Below, piece by piece: positions 54,872 to 64,000 of a DNA stretch of 64,000 bases. The position numbers and the translations under genes were made by a program. Origin of the DNA: an uncultured delta proteobacterium (lineage in GTDB: Bacteria > Desulfobacterota > Binatia > UBA9968); NCBI GenBank assembly GCA_963816145.1, contig CAWFJP010000015.1:32001-96000 (forward strand), read 5' to 3'. The number at the start of each line of letters is the position of its first letter. The stretch's first letter is position 1. Under the pieces are notes generated by a model that saw nothing but the letters and a program-made list of their open reading frames with translations, made no database searches and had not been told where the DNA came from.

Positions 54872-55411
54872 TCAAATCTTCGCGATAGTTTCGCTGGCGA
54901 GAACGATGCGAGTTTGGCGGCCAAGGATGTCAAGCAAGACCGCCACCCGCTCGCTACCTTTGAGCTTTTGCTCGAAGATGGCCTCTAAACCGGAAAACGG
55001 CCCTTCGTTAATGCGGACCGTGTCACCGGGTTTGGCTTTCACCGGGTCGACTTGCGCTACACCGCCGGGACAACGTTCGCGCAGACCCTCAATGATGTCT
55101 TCACCGACCTCAGCTATTTGACTGCCAAAGGTAAGAAAGTCCTTCACACCAGGCGAATAGCGCGCCGACTTTCCCGACGCCACCATATCAAGGCGGCTGA
55201 ACACATAACCAGGGAAAAGCGGCACCTTGACCCAGTGGTATTTGCTGCCAATCCGCCGTCGTGCCTGCATCCACGGCAAGAACACTTCAAGATGCAAATC
55301 GGTCAAGCGTTTCTCGACATCTCGTTCGCGATTGGCTTTAGTTTGAATGGCGTACCATTTAAGACCCGCCTCGATTTGTAAGGCTTGTTGTATCATCCAG
55401 GTATGCGACAC
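54872..55411 (-). CDS. Specialised NusG paralog (RfaH/UpxY-like antitermination factor)
   Basis: WYAIQTK..RE, EVFLP, PLFPGYVF, KOW GDTVRINEGPFSGLEAIF, RVAVLLDILGRQ. Confidence 0.9.
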   Translation of the reverse strand: MSHTWMIQQALQIEAGLKWYAIQTKANRERDVEKRLTDLHLEVFLPWMQARRRIGSKYHWVKVPLFPGYVFSRLDMVASGKSARYSPGVKDFLTFGSQIAEVGEDIIEGLRERCPGGVAQVDPVKAKPGDTVRINEGPFSGLEAIFEQKLKGSERVAVLLDILGRQTRIVLASETIAKI

Positions 55412-55794
55412 TCCGCAACAACAGAAAATGATTCGTTCTGCTTATAATGGATCAACTGTATCAGACGACAGCAACATTGATAATCCTCAATTGGATTAGC
55501 GTTCGATAAACCTTTGCGTCGCGATTTCCGAAAACCGCTGTCAACAGCTGTCTAGCGCGCCTGGACATTAATCCTACCACACCGAAACCATCAGAAACCC
55601 AGCCTACCAGTTCAAAATAAACTAAATTAATTAATGATATAATAGTCTCAAATTATTAATATTGATCATATTTTTAATATCAACCTTGACCAACGAAGAG
55701 ATTTCCTATATAAATGGATCAGTTAGTTACTGTGGTACCGGCTGCCGAGGGCTTTCCAACCTCAACGGTCCAGCCCAAACCAAGAAAGCGGTTA

Positions 55795-56817
55795 ATGGCT
55801 ATTTATACAACATTGACGAAAAAAGAGATTCTGAACGTCGCTGACGAATTTCTCCTCGGCGATTTGGTCTCATTCACGGGGGTCAAAAACGGGTCGGTAA
55901 ATACGCACTACTTCATCGAGACCAAGAAAGGGAAATTCTTCGCAAAAATAGACGAAGTGAAGGGCGAACTTGAGGTAAAGCAGGAACTCGACCTCCTCTT
56001 GCACCTGCGAAAACAGAACTATCCTTGCAATCAACCACAAAAAACGAAAACGGGCAGATTCACAATCGACCTGCAGGGAAAGTGTCTTACCGTAACACGC
56101 TACATCGACGGCGTTGAACTGCCGGTGAACTCGATAACCCCCGCGCATTTGAGCGCTATCGGTCACGCTCTGGCAAACCTGCACCTCCTTGGCAGGAGTT
56201 ACAAAAAGGGTATCGATAATCGCTTCGGTTTTAATCGTATCGTGGGAATTTATCGCGATGTTCGCCGGCAATTACCGACACATTTAAAGAATATTATTCG
56301 GGTTCTCGACGATGAGTTTGGCTATCTGGAGAACTACCTGGACAACAATTTGCCTAAGGGAATCATTCACGGCGATCTCTTTGCAGACAATGTTAAGTTC
56401 AAAGGGAACCGCCTTACCGGAGTGATGGACTTCGAGGCGGCTTGCCGGGGCAAGTTGATTTACGACTTAGCCACAGCGGTTAACGCATTGTGCTTCATCG
56501 ACGACCGCTACCAAATCGATCGCTTCGAATCATTGATCGCTGGTTACGAAAGCCTGCGCCCGTTGTCGCTGCCTGAATGGGACTCCTTCCCCAACGAACT
56601 TAGGTTTTCGGCTTTGCGCTTTACCGTAACCCGGATCAAGGACTTTTTTCTCAAAAAAATGGACGAAAACCAGCGAGTCTATAAAGATTACAAAGAGTTC
56701 TATGACCGGCTGTTGATCTTGCGACGGGAAAAGAGTGGCGGCATGGAAGATATCTTACTGGCGATGGCGACTGGGTACGACTATCGAAAGTATCAAAAAT
56801 CGAAACCAGCCAAATAA
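55795..56817 (+). CDS. thrB: Homoserine kinase, type II (APH-like)
   Basis: MAIYT.L, G..NTHYF, LPKGIIHGDLFADNVKF, DFE; ORF is open further upstream to 55714. Confidence 0.85.
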   Translation: MAIYTTLTKKEILNVADEFLLGDLVSFTGVKNGSVNTHYFIETKKGKFFAKIDEVKGELEVKQELDLLLHLRKQNYPCNQPQKTKTGRFTIDLQGKCLTVTRYIDGVELPVNSITPAHLSAIGHALANLHLLGRSYKKGIDNRFGFNRIVGIYRDVRRQLPTHLKNIIRVLDDEFGYLENYLDNNLPKGIIHGDLFADNVKFKGNRLTGVMDFEAACRGKLIYDLATAVNALCFIDDRYQIDRFESLIAGYESLRPLSLPEWDSFPNELRFSALRFTVTRIKDFFLKKMDENQRVYKDYKEFYDRLLILRREKSGGMEDILLAMATGYDYRKYQKSKPAK

Positions 56818-56849
56818 TCCATGGAAACGATTTGCGGTGCGTTTCAGCC

Positions 56850-57230
56850 CTAAATCTCCAGATTTCGAATCTTTGATTGCGCGTCGCGGCGAATCATACG
56901 AACCAACATCACGACGGTGATCACGGATCCAATCAAAAACAACAGCCGACCACCAGTCAGGACAACGTAGAAAAAATTCAGTTTGACCCGCGCCGCATTG
57001 TATTTTTCTCGATTCTCAGTCAAGCGGCGCAGCACTTCTTCATTGCGCTGCTGATCGAGCTGCTGGAAATTACGATACGAGTCCTCCAACCCGGTATGAG
57101 CGGTTTTGAGCAACAAGTTTTGATATTTAACCGTTTCGATTGCGCCAATAACCCAATTGCCAACCCCAAAAACTAGACAAACCAGCCCGGCGATCATGAC
57201 ATAACTGGAGTAAATTTCGCGCACTTTCAT
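56850..57230 (-). CDS. Hypothetical membrane protein (2 TM around a helical loop)
   Basis: 126-aa ORF with two hydrophobic segments. Confidence 0.7.
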   Translation of the reverse strand: MKVREIYSSYVMIAGLVCLVFGVGNWVIGAIETVKYQNLLLKTAHTGLEDSYRNFQQLDQQRNEEVLRRLTENREKYNAARVKLNFFYVVLTGGRLLFLIGSVITVVMLVRMIRRDAQSKIRNLEI

Positions 57231-57330
57231 GCAAATTCCGGTTTCTCAATCATGGCTAGTCCGATTCAATTCGGTTGGCTCATCCCTCACTCATTTGCAC
57301 TGTCGGCACTAGTAGCTTAAATTCTAGCCG

Positions 57331-58035
57331 ATGACCAGCTTTGTAATTGGCGACATCCATGGTTGTGCTGACGAGCTGCGTTACTTGATTGACGGCTTAC
57401 CAGTTCGGCCTGACGATGAAATCATCTTTCTCGGCGACTATATCGATCGCGGCCCCGATTCCTGCGGCGTGGTTTCATTCTTAATCAAGCTAAAAAATCA
57501 ATTGACAGAGAATAGACTGGTATTCCTAAAAGGCAACCATGAGGACATGCTGCTCTCGTATCTGAAATTGAGCGGCCAACATGGCAAAATGTTTTTGCTC
57601 AACGGCGGGAATGCTACGGTCGAAAGCTATGGAGTCTCAGCCGAGATTTCTTCATCGGATCGCTTGAGCGCTGCGATCCCGCCCGATCATCTGGCCTTTT
57701 ACCAGGCACTGGTAAATTGGTACGTGACGGAGCCATACTTTTGCGTTCACGCCGGCGTCAACCCGCTCAAGACTTTGCCGGAGCAGACCGACGAAGAGTT
57801 ATTGTGGATTCGTCATCCGTTCCTGTCCAGCTCCCACGTTCTTCCGTATACGATTTTATTTGGTCATACGCCTCAACACTCGGTACTCTACGATTTACCG
57901 TACAAAATCGGTCTCGATACCGGGTTGGTCTACGGCAATATGTTGACTTGCTTCGACACAGATGAGAAAGTTCTTTATCAAATAGGTCGGGGCAAAAAGC
58001 GCGTGAACAGAGCTCCCATTCAGCAAAAATGGTAA
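57331..58035 (+). CDS. Ser/Thr phosphatase-type metallophosphoesterase (PphA/ApaH-like)
   Basis: GDIHG, GDYIDRG, GNHE, VHAG, GHTP, DTG. Confidence 0.93.
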   Translation: MTSFVIGDIHGCADELRYLIDGLPVRPDDEIIFLGDYIDRGPDSCGVVSFLIKLKNQLTENRLVFLKGNHEDMLLSYLKLSGQHGKMFLLNGGNATVESYGVSAEISSSDRLSAAIPPDHLAFYQALVNWYVTEPYFCVHAGVNPLKTLPEQTDEELLWIRHPFLSSSHVLPYTILFGHTPQHSVLYDLPYKIGLDTGLVYGNMLTCFDTDEKVLYQIGRGKKRVNRAPIQQKW

Positions 58036-58060
58036 TCATCTCCAGCGCCTTTCAGATGGC

Positions 58061-58089
58061 TTGATCTTTTTCCCGTCCCATCATAGTTT
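58061..58089 (+). promoter_or_regulatory. Putative sigma70 promoter of the tRNA gene
   Basis: TTGATC-N17-TAGTTT, 12 bp before the tRNA. Confidence 0.55.
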
Positions 58090-58101
58090 ATGCCACTGTT
58101 T

Positions 58102-58178
58102 GGCGGTGTAGCTCAGATGGTCAGAGCACGCGGCTCATATCCGCGGCGTCGACAGTTCGACTCTGTCCACCGCCACCA
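58102..58178 (+). tRNA. tRNA-Met (CAT), probably elongator
   Basis: Cloverleaf: GGCGGTG/CACCGCC acceptor, cgcgg-CTCATAT-ccgcg anticodon arm, TTCGA T-loop, encoded CCA. Confidence 0.95.
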
Positions 58179-58184
58179 AGTTTC

Positions 58185-58252
58185 CCCCCGAGAATCCCAG
58201 CATTTACAGAGTTCATTACAACTTGAGGGATTCTCGGGGGATGGCTTTTTTT
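58185..58252 (+). terminator. Long-loop hairpin plus T-run after the tRNA
   Basis: cccccgagaatccc-N28-gggattctcggggg then atggcttttttt. Confidence 0.55.
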
Positions 58253-58270
58253 CGGGTCTTGATGCAATCG

Positions 58271-58990
58271 TTAGAACTTTTCGTTCCATCCCGCGCACTG
58301 ATAGCGTTCGCCCATTAGGCGGTTAATCAGGTCAACCGGGATCGCCTTGAAATCATCTTCCGCGGACCATTGTAAACGCAATGAATCACGCAACTTTGCC
58401 GGGTCGACTTCCGCATTGATCAAAAACTCGCAATGACTCCTCCGGCGGCGATATTCCGGCTGCGTCGCTGGCAACCTTAAATATCTCTCGATCAACCGAA
58501 GATCGAAATGCAACAGGAACGTGCCGTGAACCAACACATACACGCGTTTCCGGTATTGCGCGTTGCCGGAAAACTTGCGCTCACCAAGAGTCAGATCGCT
58601 TAACCCTTGCACCGACACAGGTTGAGAGGTCAGGGCTTCCAGCGCTCGACGATGACGGGCGAGTACGAAATCGAAAGCGGCCTGGACATGAGGGCCGAAA
58701 TGATTATTCTGCCTGAGAATAAGCGTGTAATTGAGACAACCCGGCCCCTGTAACACCGTGCCGCCGCCGCTCGATCGCCGTAACACGGCTATCCCATCGG
58801 CAGCGCAAGCTGCAGCATTGACTTCATCGCGCCATTTTTTTCCGTGACCCAGAACGACAAAGTATTGCTCCGGATGCCAGAGCCGCAGCAGCTCTCCGCC
58901 GCCGTGGCTCTGTTCGAAAATTTCCAGCAAGGCCTCGTCGCAAGCAAGATTTTGCGCCGCATCGGGAAAGGTAAGCTCAAGATAATTCAT
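58271..58990 (-). CDS. Lipoate-protein ligase A family protein
   Basis: NLACDEALL, LRRSSGGGTVLQGPGCLNY, RKFSGNAQ, HGTFL; divergent from the PDH operon. Confidence 0.92.
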   Translation of the reverse strand: MNYLELTFPDAAQNLACDEALLEIFEQSHGGGELLRLWHPEQYFVVLGHGKKWRDEVNAAACAADGIAVLRRSSGGGTVLQGPGCLNYTLILRQNNHFGPHVQAAFDFVLARHRRALEALTSQPVSVQGLSDLTLGERKFSGNAQYRKRVYVLVHGTFLLHFDLRLIERYLRLPATQPEYRRRRSHCEFLINAEVDPAKLRDSLRLQWSAEDDFKAIPVDLINRLMGERYQCAGWNEKF

Positions 58991-59045
58991 CGGCTTTAGT
59001 TGATTTTACCACGGTTTTGTTGTCTCTTAAAAATACCGGGAGTGA

Positions 59046-61772
59046 GTGCGAATGGAGTTCGAAAACAAACCCACTGCCAATGGCAGCATCGTCAACGGCG
59101 AACCTGACAACGGCAAAATCGCCAAGTCGGACCGCCATAGATGGGTGGCGTCGCTGGAATATATTCTCGAATCTATCTTAAAGAACGAAGAACCGGAACA
59201 GGCTTCGCTGCTGGTCAAGGAGCTGTCAGACCGTTTGCGCCAGTCCGGCCTCAAGATTCCCTACCCCGTCAGCACGCCCTATATCAATACGATTTCTCCG
59301 GAAAATGAGCCGCCCTATCCGGGCAATCGCGAGATCGAGCGACGGATCAAGAGCTACGTGCGTTGGAATGCCATGGCTATGGTGGTCAAAGCCAACCGGC
59401 TTCATCCCGATATAGGCGGCCACATTTCGACCTACGCCTCTTCAGCGACGTTGTATGAAGTCGGTCAGAATCATTTCTTTCGCGGCAGCGACGGCAGCAA
59501 CTTGGGTGACATGGTTTACTTTCAAGGCCATGCATCGCCCGGCGTCTATTCGCGTGCCTATATCGAGTGGCGCATCAACGCCCCCAAATTGCATCATTTT
59601 CGCCAAGAGCTCTCGACTGTCGGCGGAATCTCCTCGTATCCGCACCCCTATCTTATGCCGGACTTCTGGCAGTTTCCCTCGGTGTCCATGGGGCTCGCGC
59701 CGATCATGTCGATTTACCAAGCAAGATTCGTCCGTTACCTGAAAAGCCGCGGCCTGATTAGCGGCGAAGAGCCGCGCATATTTTGTTTCGCCGGCGACGG
59801 CGAAATGGATGAGCCGGAATCTTCCGGCGCCCTAACTCTGGCATCGCGGGAAAACCTCGACAACTTGGTTTGGATCGTCAACTGCAACCTCCAACGGCTG
59901 GACGGCCCGGTGCGCGGCAACGGCAAAATTATCCAGGAACTCGAAGCATTGTTTCGCGGCGCCGGATGGAACGTCATCAAAGTAATCTGGGGCTCCGACT
60001 GGGACCCGCTGCTCGCCAAAGACAACAAAGGTCTGTTGCTCAAACGGATGGAAGAAGCCGTCGACGGCGATTACCAAAAATATTCGGTGGAGCCCGGCAG
60101 CTACACAAGAAAACATTTTTTTGGCAAATATCCTGAGCTGCTCGAAATGGTCAATCACATGACCGACGATCAGATTCATAAACTGCTGCGGGGCGGCCAT
60201 GATCCGATGAAAGTGTACACCGCCTACAAAGCTGCGGTGGAGCACAAAGGCGCGCCGACCGTCATCCTGGCAAAGACAGTCAAGGGCTACGGACTCGGCG
60301 AAGCCGGCGAAGGCCGCAACATCACGCATCAGCAAAAAAAATTGAACGAACGGGAGCTGCGCGAGTTTCGCACCCGTTTCGATATCCCGCTGCCGGACGA
60401 AGAAGTTGTCGAAACCCCCTTCTACCGTCCTCCGTTGGATAGCCCAGAGACCCAATACTTATTAGCGCGGCGAAAAGCTTTGAAAGGATTCCTGCCTGAG
60501 CGCAAGGTCCGCGCCAAGCCATTGGACGTTCCAACCGACTCCGAGTACGCGGAGTTTTACAAAGGTTCCGGCGGCCACTCGATGTCGACCACCATGGCGG
60601 CAGTCCGCTTGCTAACCAAACTGCTACGCCATGAAGGCGTCGGCAAGCGCATCGTGCCGATCATTCCCGACGAAGCGCGCACCTTCGGCATGGATTCGCT
60701 GTTTCGCCAGATCGGTATTTATTCGTCCAAAGGCCAGCTCTACGAACCGGTCGATAGCGAAACTTTGCTTTTTTACAACGAAGTGAAAGACGGCCAGATT
60801 CTCGAAGAAGGCATTACCGAGGCCGGCTCCATGTCGTCATTCATCGCCGCCGGCACAGCCTACGCCAATCTTGGCATCAACATGATTCCCTTTTACTTCT
60901 ATTATTCGATGTTCGGCTTTCAACGCATCGGCGATCTCATCTGGGCCGCCGCCGACAGCAAGAGCAAAGGCTTCCTGCTCGGCGCTACCGCCGGCCGGAC
61001 CACCTTGAACGGCGAAGGGCTACAGCACCAAGACGGCCATAGCCATCTGCTCGCCAGCACGATCCCGACGCTGCTTACCTACGACGCCGCCTTCGCCTAT
61101 GAGATCGCCGTGATTATCAAGGACGGGATGCGCCGGCTCTACGCAGAGGGTGAAGAAAGCTTCTACTACCTGACACTGTACAACGAGAGCTACGAAATGC
61201 CGGCGATGCCGGACGGCGTCGAGGAAGGCATACTCAAGGGCTTGTACAAAGTGAAACCTGCCAGCAAGGGCAAAAAGTACAAAGCGCATCTATTCGGCAG
61301 CGGGCCGATTCTGCGCGAGGCGTTGCGCGCGCAAGAATTGTTGGCCGAGCAATTCGATGTCAGTGCCGATGTTTGGAGTGCGACGAGCTACAAGTTATTG
61401 CGCGGCGATGCCCTGCGCACGAAACGCTGGAACATGCTCCATCCGACGGCAGCACCGAAAAAATCTTATCTCGAATCGGTGTTGCAGAATGAGGAAGGGG
61501 TGTTTATCGCGGTTTCCGATTACATGAAGATGGTGCCGGATCAAATCGCGCCGTGGATTCCCGGCGGACTGATGACCTTAGGCACCGATGGTTTCGGTCG
61601 CAGCGATACCCGCGCCAATCTTAGACGATTTTTCGAAGTTGATGCCGAGCTAACCACCGTCGCGACGCTTTATGCGCTGCACCAAAAAGAGGCCTTTCCA
61701 GCGAAGGTCGTCGAAGCCGCGATCCGTAAGCTCGATATCGATCCGGAAAAACCATTCCCGTTTTACCGATAA
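59046..61772 (+). CDS. aceE: Pyruvate dehydrogenase E1, homodimeric type
   Basis: RWNAMAMV, GGHISTYAS, QGHASPG, GDGEMDEPES, NCNLQRLDGPVRGN, GEGLQHQDG, GTDGFGRSD. Confidence 0.98.
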   Translation: MRMEFENKPTANGSIVNGEPDNGKIAKSDRHRWVASLEYILESILKNEEPEQASLLVKELSDRLRQSGLKIPYPVSTPYINTISPENEPPYPGNREIERRIKSYVRWNAMAMVVKANRLHPDIGGHISTYASSATLYEVGQNHFFRGSDGSNLGDMVYFQGHASPGVYSRAYIEWRINAPKLHHFRQELSTVGGISSYPHPYLMPDFWQFPSVSMGLAPIMSIYQARFVRYLKSRGLISGEEPRIFCFAGDGEMDEPESSGALTLASRENLDNLVWIVNCNLQRLDGPVRGNGKIIQELEALFRGAGWNVIKVIWGSDWDPLLAKDNKGLLLKRMEEAVDGDYQKYSVEPGSYTRKHFFGKYPELLEMVNHMTDDQIHKLLRGGHDPMKVYTAYKAAVEHKGAPTVILAKTVKGYGLGEAGEGRNITHQQKKLNERELREFRTRFDIPLPDEEVVETPFYRPPLDSPETQYLLARRKALKGFLPERKVRAKPLDVPTDSEYAEFYKGSGGHSMSTTMAAVRLLTKLLRHEGVGKRIVPIIPDEARTFGMDSLFRQIGIYSSKGQLYEPVDSETLLFYNEVKDGQILEEGITEAGSMSSFIAAGTAYANLGINMIPFYFYYSMFGFQRIGDLIWAAADSKSKGFLLGATAGRTTLNGEGLQHQDGHSHLLASTIPTLLTYDAAFAYEIAVIIKDGMRRLYAEGEESFYYLTLYNESYEMPAMPDGVEEGILKGLYKVKPASKGKKYKAHLFGSGPILREALRAQELLAEQFDVSADVWSATSYKLLRGDALRTKRWNMLHPTAAPKKSYLESVLQNEEGVFIAVSDYMKMVPDQIAPWIPGGLMTLGTDGFGRSDTRANLRRFFEVDAELTTVATLYALHQKEAFPAKVVEAAIRKLDIDPEKPFPFYR

Positions 61773-61808
61773 ACCATCTTTGAGTCTAACAGCAGCGGCA
61801 TCGACTCC

Positions 61809-63140
61809 ATGGACGTAAAACTTCCCCAACTCGCCGAAGGTGTAGAGGGCGGCACGGTGGTCAGCATCTTGGTCGCTGAGGGCCAGATGATCGACAAGGA
61901 CCAGGCGTTCATGGAACTGGAAACCCAGAAGGCCGTGGGTTCGATTCCGGCGCCCAGCGCCGGGGTGGTCACCAAGATTCATGTCAAGCAAGGCATGGAA
62001 GTTAACGTCGGCCAGACGCTCATCTCGATTGAAACGGCGGCCGCCAAATCACCCACCCCTTCAACCGTCACCCAAACCAATCCAAGCGTACCCGCAAGCG
62101 CTACCCCACCGCCGCCAGTAACTAGCGAAGCGCCGGCAAATATTGTCCATGCCGCCCCGGCCGCTGTGGCGGGCGACTACCGCTATGAATCGAAGAGCGG
62201 AATGGCGCCTCCGGCATCACCGGCGATCCGTAAGATCGCTCGTGAGCTCGACATCGACTTGACCCGGGTTCGCGGCAGCGAAGCCGGCGGGCGGATCAAT
62301 TTGGCCGATCTCAAAACCTACGTTCAAAAACTTCAACAGCTAGCCTTTGAAGGCGCCGCCGCTACGCCGGCTCCGGTCGCCGCGCCAACGCCGCCCGCCC
62401 CAGCTCCAGCGGAAGCCATCGATTTCGCCAAGTGGGGCCCGATCCGCCGCGAGAAAATGTCACCGCTACGCCGCACCGTAAGCCGGCGCATGGTCGAGTC
62501 CTGGACATCAATTCCAAAGATCAATCAATTCGCCGACGCCGATATCAGCGCGCTTCTCGCTTTGCGCAAAAAATACGCGCCCAGCTACGAGAAAAAAGGC
62601 GCGCATTTGACCTTGACTTCATTCGTGCTGTTCATCCTCGGGCGCGCGCTCAAGAAGCATCCACGCGCCAACGCGAGCCTGGACGATGGATCCCTGGAGA
62701 TCGTCTACAAAGATTACTGCCACATCGGTGTGGCAGTCGACACCGAGGGCGGATTGATTGTGCCGGTGCTGCGCGATGTCGACAAAAAAAACCTGCTGCA
62801 ACTCTCTTCCGACTTGCACGCGCTAACAGAGAAAACCCGGCAGCGCAAGGTTTCCATCGAAGAGCTGCAAGGCGGTAGCTTCACCATTTCCAATCAAGGC
62901 AGCATCGGCGGCAGCCACTTCACGCCGATCATTTACGCACCCCAGGTAGCGATCCTCGGTATCGGCCAAGGCCAAGCCAAACCGGTGGCCATCGACGGCA
63001 AGATCGCCATCCGCACGATCCTGCCGCTTTGCTTGGCCTATGATCATCGCGTGCTCGACGGCGCCGACGCCGTGCGTTTTCTCAAAGGCATCATCGCCGG
63101 CCTGGAGTCCTTTGACGAAGCCGACATCAAACTGAAATAG
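61809..63140 (+). CDS. aceF: Dihydrolipoamide acetyltransferase E2 (single lipoyl domain)
   Basis: ETQKA lipoyl site, ASPAIRKIARE binding domain, YDHRVLDG. Confidence 0.93.
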   Translation: MDVKLPQLAEGVEGGTVVSILVAEGQMIDKDQAFMELETQKAVGSIPAPSAGVVTKIHVKQGMEVNVGQTLISIETAAAKSPTPSTVTQTNPSVPASATPPPPVTSEAPANIVHAAPAAVAGDYRYESKSGMAPPASPAIRKIARELDIDLTRVRGSEAGGRINLADLKTYVQKLQQLAFEGAAATPAPVAAPTPPAPAPAEAIDFAKWGPIRREKMSPLRRTVSRRMVESWTSIPKINQFADADISALLALRKKYAPSYEKKGAHLTLTSFVLFILGRALKKHPRANASLDDGSLEIVYKDYCHIGVAVDTEGGLIVPVLRDVDKKNLLQLSSDLHALTEKTRQRKVSIEELQGGSFTISNQGSIGGSHFTPIIYAPQVAILGIGQGQAKPVAIDGKIAIRTILPLCLAYDHRVLDGADAVRFLKGIIAGLESFDEADIKLK

Positions 63141-63151
63141 ATCGACGCACT

Positions 63152-64000
63152 ATGGAACCGATTACGACAGAAATTTTGGTACTGGGCGCCGGCCCCGGCG
63201 GCTACGCCGCAGCGTTTTACGCAGCGGACAAAGGCAAAAAAGTTACGCTTGTCGAACAGAACCCCCGTCTCGGCGGAATTTGCTTAAACGTCGGCTGCAT
63301 CCCGTCGAAGGCTTTGCTCCACGCCACCGAAATCTTGCGCGAGATGAAAGAATCGGCCGCTCGCGGCATCGCTTTAGGCGAGGCAGAGATAAATCTCGAT
63401 AAACTGCGCGATTGGAAAAACAGCATTCTCGACAAGCTCGGCCAAGGCATCAAAACCCTCGCCGAGCATCGCAAAGTTCAGGTCATCCATGGCCGCGGAC
63501 ACTTTGAGGACTCCCAGACGCTGCGGGTGGAAACCGCCGAAGGACAAAAATTTATCCGCTATGAAAAAGCGATCATCGCCGTCGGCTCCAAACCGGCCTT
63601 GCCCAACGCGTTCGATCTGGGGAATCCGCGGGTCATGACCTCGACCGGCGCCTTGGAGATTCCTGATATTCCGGAAAAGCTTCTGGTCGTCGGCGGCGGT
63701 TATATCGGCATGGAGCTCGGCACGGTCTATGCCGCTCTCGGCAGCAACGTCGTGGTCCTGGAGGCCTTGCCGTCAATTCTTGCAGGAGTCGATGCCGATC
63801 TTGCCCGGCCCGTGATTCGCGCGGCGCAGAAGGCCTTCAAAGAAATTCGCCTTAACACCAAAGTCTTGAAGATGGCCACCGCCGGCAAACAGATCAAAGT
63901 CACCATCGAAATCGACAAGCAACCGCGCGATGAACTGTACGATCGCGTGCTGGTGAGCGTCGGCCGCACGCCCAATCTTGCCGACCTCGGCCTGGCAAAT
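63152..64000 (+). CDS. lpdA: Dihydrolipoyl dehydrogenase E3 (runs off window edge)
   Basis: Own translation MEPITTEILVLGAGPGGYAAAF...GGICLNVGCIPSKALL...VVGGGYIGMELG; not in the ORF track. Confidence 0.96.
   Translation, partial: MEPITTEILVLGAGPGGYAAAFYAADKGKKVTLVEQNPRLGGICLNVGCIPSKALLHATEILREMKESAARGIALGEAEINLDKLRDWKNSILDKLGQGIKTLAEHRKVQVIHGRGHFEDSQTLRVETAEGQKFIRYEKAIIAVGSKPALPNAFDLGNPRVMTSTGALEIPDIPEKLLVVGGGYIGMELGTVYAALGSNVVVLEALPSILAGVDADLARPVIRAAQKAFKEIRLNTKVLKMATAGKQIKVTIEIDKQPRDELYDRVLVSVGRTPNLADLGLAN

Noticed and set aside
55668-55683. FNR/CRP box in TTGAT...ATCAA
   Set aside because: The spacer is 12 bp rather than 4; likely chance in AT-rich DNA.
58102-58178. Initiator tRNA-fMet, or tRNA as an island attachment site
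   Set aside because: G1-C72 is paired and the GGG/CCC anticodon stem is absent; no integrase or duplicated tRNA 3' end noticed. Ile2 is not formally excluded.

Overview
GC-rich bacterial chromosomal window with no phage, CRISPR array or transposase visible. The gene mix (many NMT1/SsuA- and AfuA-type binding proteins, amidohydrolases, UbiD, cupins) suggests an uncultured deltaproteobacterium-like lineage such as Ca. Binatota; this is inference only. Left end: a minus-strand operon (Rv1830/McdR-like MerR regulator, mutS, AMIN-amidase, partial glnD) headed by a perfect ACA-N4-TGT palindrome, then DUF72, a beta-propeller, flavin reductase, a thiol-dioxygenase-like cupin, a persulfide-dioxygenase-like MBL and recQ. 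Middle (11.7-55.4 kb): an almost unbroken minus-strand catabolic/transport region with a two-gene Mo-bisPGD/FeS-NrfD enzyme, amidohydrolases, a heme-oxygenase-like diiron protein, two TPP enzymes, two binding-protein arrays (several copies decayed), two UbiD+bicupin modules around a xanthine-dehydrogenase-family trio, FAH, ferritin-like and VOC proteins, a PDZ sensor kinase and an RfaH/UpxY-like NusG paralog. Right end: thrB, a phosphoesterase, tRNA-Met, lipoate ligase and aceE-aceF-lpdA. Intergenic DNA carries several small palindromic repeat families. One (9-bp-periodic CACGAAG hairpin, 5 copies) appears to sit in frame in the N-termini of two binding-protein genes.
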